A stretch of 64,000 bases of DNA, from contig JAQTTB010000001.1 in NCBI GenBank assembly GCA_028710985.1, positions 19,280 through 83,279 on the forward strand, read 5' to 3'. How positions within the stretch are numbered: position 1 is the first letter of the stretch; the number at the start of each line of letters is the position of its first letter. The notes beneath the pieces are model-generated. The model had not been told where the DNA came from and made no database searches. It saw nothing but the letters and a program-made list of their open reading frames with translations. Positions 62,695-64,000 of this stretch are shown here, one piece after another. The translations under genes were made by a program, and so were the position numbers. The stretch is from Patescibacteria group bacterium (GTDB lineage: Bacteria; Patescibacteriota; Patescibacteriia; JAHJFT01).

Positions 62695-63773
62695 AATTTT
62701 GTATACAGAGACTGGTATTCATACGCCATTTTCTGGATTGAAAATTCCTTCTCCGTGTAATCCTTGGCCTCTCTTGCCATAAAGAGCGCCTCGCTCGGAT
62801 GCTCGATCATCCATTCAATCGCCTTGGCAAGCGCCGCCTCGTCGCGCGGCGGAACAAGCAGGGCGTTCTTTTTATCTTGAAAAATATCTGCGAGTCCGCC
62901 GACCGCGGATGCGATTATCGGCAGGCCGCTCGCCGCCGCCTCGATCGCCGCGAGTCCCATGCCCTCCCAGAGCGACGGAAAAATAAAAATATCCGCTTGA
63001 GCAAGCAAACTCGGTACATCCTGACGGGCGCCCAGTAATTCGATACGATCCTCGAGACCTAATCCCCTCACGTCGGCAATAATCTTTTCCCGCAGTGCGC
63101 CCTCTCCGACAAGCCACAGCATCCACGGCGTGTCTTTTATTTTATAAAGCGCGCGCACCAAATATTCATGCCCCTTTTGCGGCTCAAGCCGCGCCACATT
63201 GATAAGAACCGGCGGTGATGAAAAGTTTTGTTTTTCCTTTTTTGAAAAACGCGAAAAATCAATACCGTTATATATAATTTTAATTTTATTACGCGGTGCG
63301 CCCTCATGCACCACGGCGTAATCCGCCACGGCCGGCGAGACGGCAATAATTTTTTTGAATATGCCGACCGTCATTTTTTTTATAATTTTCTTTAACATGC
63401 CTTCATTCAAATTCAAATTGTGTTCGGTCTTCACGATCGCCGGAACGCCGGCAAACCGCGCCGCGAGCCCGGCCCAGATATCCGCGCCAAAAAGATGCGT
63501 ATGCACGATTGCCGGTTTTTCTTTTTTGAATAACAGATACAGCGATAAAAAGACTCCAAGCCCCAGCCTGGTGCGCTTAACTAAAACGAGCGGCCTGATA
63601 CCCGCTGCGATAAAATCTTTTTCCAGATTGCCGCCGCGCACCATTGAAACGACTCTGACTTCAAAGATATTTTTATCCAATTTGGAAACCAAATCCAAAA
63701 CCAGCCGCTCCGCGCCTCCGTAGCCAAGAGTCGTAATCACCTGAATAATTTTAATTTTATCCCTCTTTTCCAT
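62691..63773 (-). CDS. glycosyltransferase, GT4-like
   Basis: 360-aa ORF: IKIIQVITTLGYGGAERLVLDL...LWEGMGLAAIEAAASGLPIIASAVGGLADIF. Confidence 0.85.
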   Translation of the reverse strand: MEKRDKIKIIQVITTLGYGGAERLVLDLVSKLDKNIFEVRVVSMVRGGNLEKDFIAAGIRPLVLVKRTRLGLGVFLSLYLLFKKEKPAIVHTHLFGADIWAGLAARFAGVPAIVKTEHNLNLNEGMLKKIIKKMTVGIFKKIIAVSPAVADYAVVHEGAPRNKIKIIYNGIDFSRFSKKEKQNFSSPPVLINVARLEPQKGHEYLVRALYKIKDTPWMLWLVGEGALREKIIADVRGLGLEDRIELLGARQDVPSLLAQADIFIFPSLWEGMGLAAIEAAASGLPIIASAVGGLADIFQDKKNALLVPPRDEAALAKAIEWMIEHPSEALFMAREAKDYTEKEFSIQKMAYEYQSLYTKL

Positions 63774-63783
63774 TTTCTAGTAT

Positions 63784-63803
63784 GGGTCGCATATATGCGA
63801 CCC
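63784..63803. repeat. 20-nt perfect palindrome GGGTCGCATATATGCGACCC between genes
   Basis: The sequence is self-complementary as read. It lies between the partial upstream gene's stop (63826) and the GT4 start (63773) and may act as a terminator or processing hairpin. Confidence 0.6.
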
Positions 63804-63825
63804 CTTCCTTATTTCGTTTTTTTCG

Positions 63826-64000
63826 TTATTTCGTTTTTTCCTCTTTTCTTTTTTTCTTCTCCAGATGCGGCCGCTCTTCGTGACGAAAAACTTTGGTCGC
63901 CGCGAGCGCCAAAGCGAGCGGAATCCATAACTTTGGGCTGTAATAATTTGTATTAAATAATTGATAAGTCATACTTCCCGCGGCCATCACGAGGCACGAA
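63826..64000 (-). CDS. C-terminal fragment of a membrane protein (N-terminal part lies outside the window)
   Basis: Own translation of the minus strand: ...SCLVMAAGSMTYQLFNTNYYSPKLWIPLALALAATKVFRHEERPHLEKKKRKEEKTK*, with the stop at 63826-63828. Not in the ORF track because it runs off the edge. Confidence 0.35.
   Translation of the reverse strand, partial: SCLVMAAGSMTYQLFNTNYYSPKLWIPLALALAATKVFRHEERPHLEKKKRKEEKTK

Overview
64-kb gene-dense bacterial fragment, mostly minus-strand. No similarity search was run; family names come from motifs recognised by eye. Gene content suggests a Patescibacteria/CPR-like small-genome organism (inference only): a 23S-IVS-type four-helix-bundle protein, a DUF5667-type anti-sigma partner, FG-GAP propeller fusions, a Wzy_C-TPR protein and a short EF-Ts. 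Positions 1-4.9 kb hold a housekeeping block: pgk (partial), metallophosphoesterase, gap, a hypothetical, tsf, rpsB. Positions 5-64 kb are essentially one cell-envelope glycan and surface super-locus. It has 16 glycosyltransferases (12 GT-B/GT4-like, 4 GT2), 3 SDR nucleotide-sugar enzymes, a priming polyprenyl-phosphate sugar-phosphate transferase, a Wzx-like flippase and 2 GtrA-like proteins. It also has 6 SAM-methyltransferase domains, an AsnB-like amidotransferase, a radical-SAM/SPASM enzyme, a Trm112-MT-FemAB-like fusion, deacetylase-like and DUF218 proteins, and three 550-700-aa polytopic membrane proteins. One module runs ECF sigma/anti-sigma, then a 1259-aa modular surface protein, then an S8 protease-propeller, then Wzy_C-TPR. 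Composition is heterogeneous: an AT-rich core (about 16-38 kb, 22 co-directional genes) and one strongly GC-rich, foreign-looking lipoprotein gene (55.7-56.7 kb). The non-coding DNA is unusual in three ways. A REP-like hairpin family (ATTCCCGC-GAAG-GCGGGAAT) forms a MITE-like unit and two ~214-bp mosaic repeats. There are 7-nt and 8-nt periodic word arrays, the 8-nt SAACAA arrays always in sense orientation at gene 3' ends. Two frame-shifting tandem repeats sit inside glycan genes. No rRNA, tRNA, CRISPR array, integrase or transposase was recognised.
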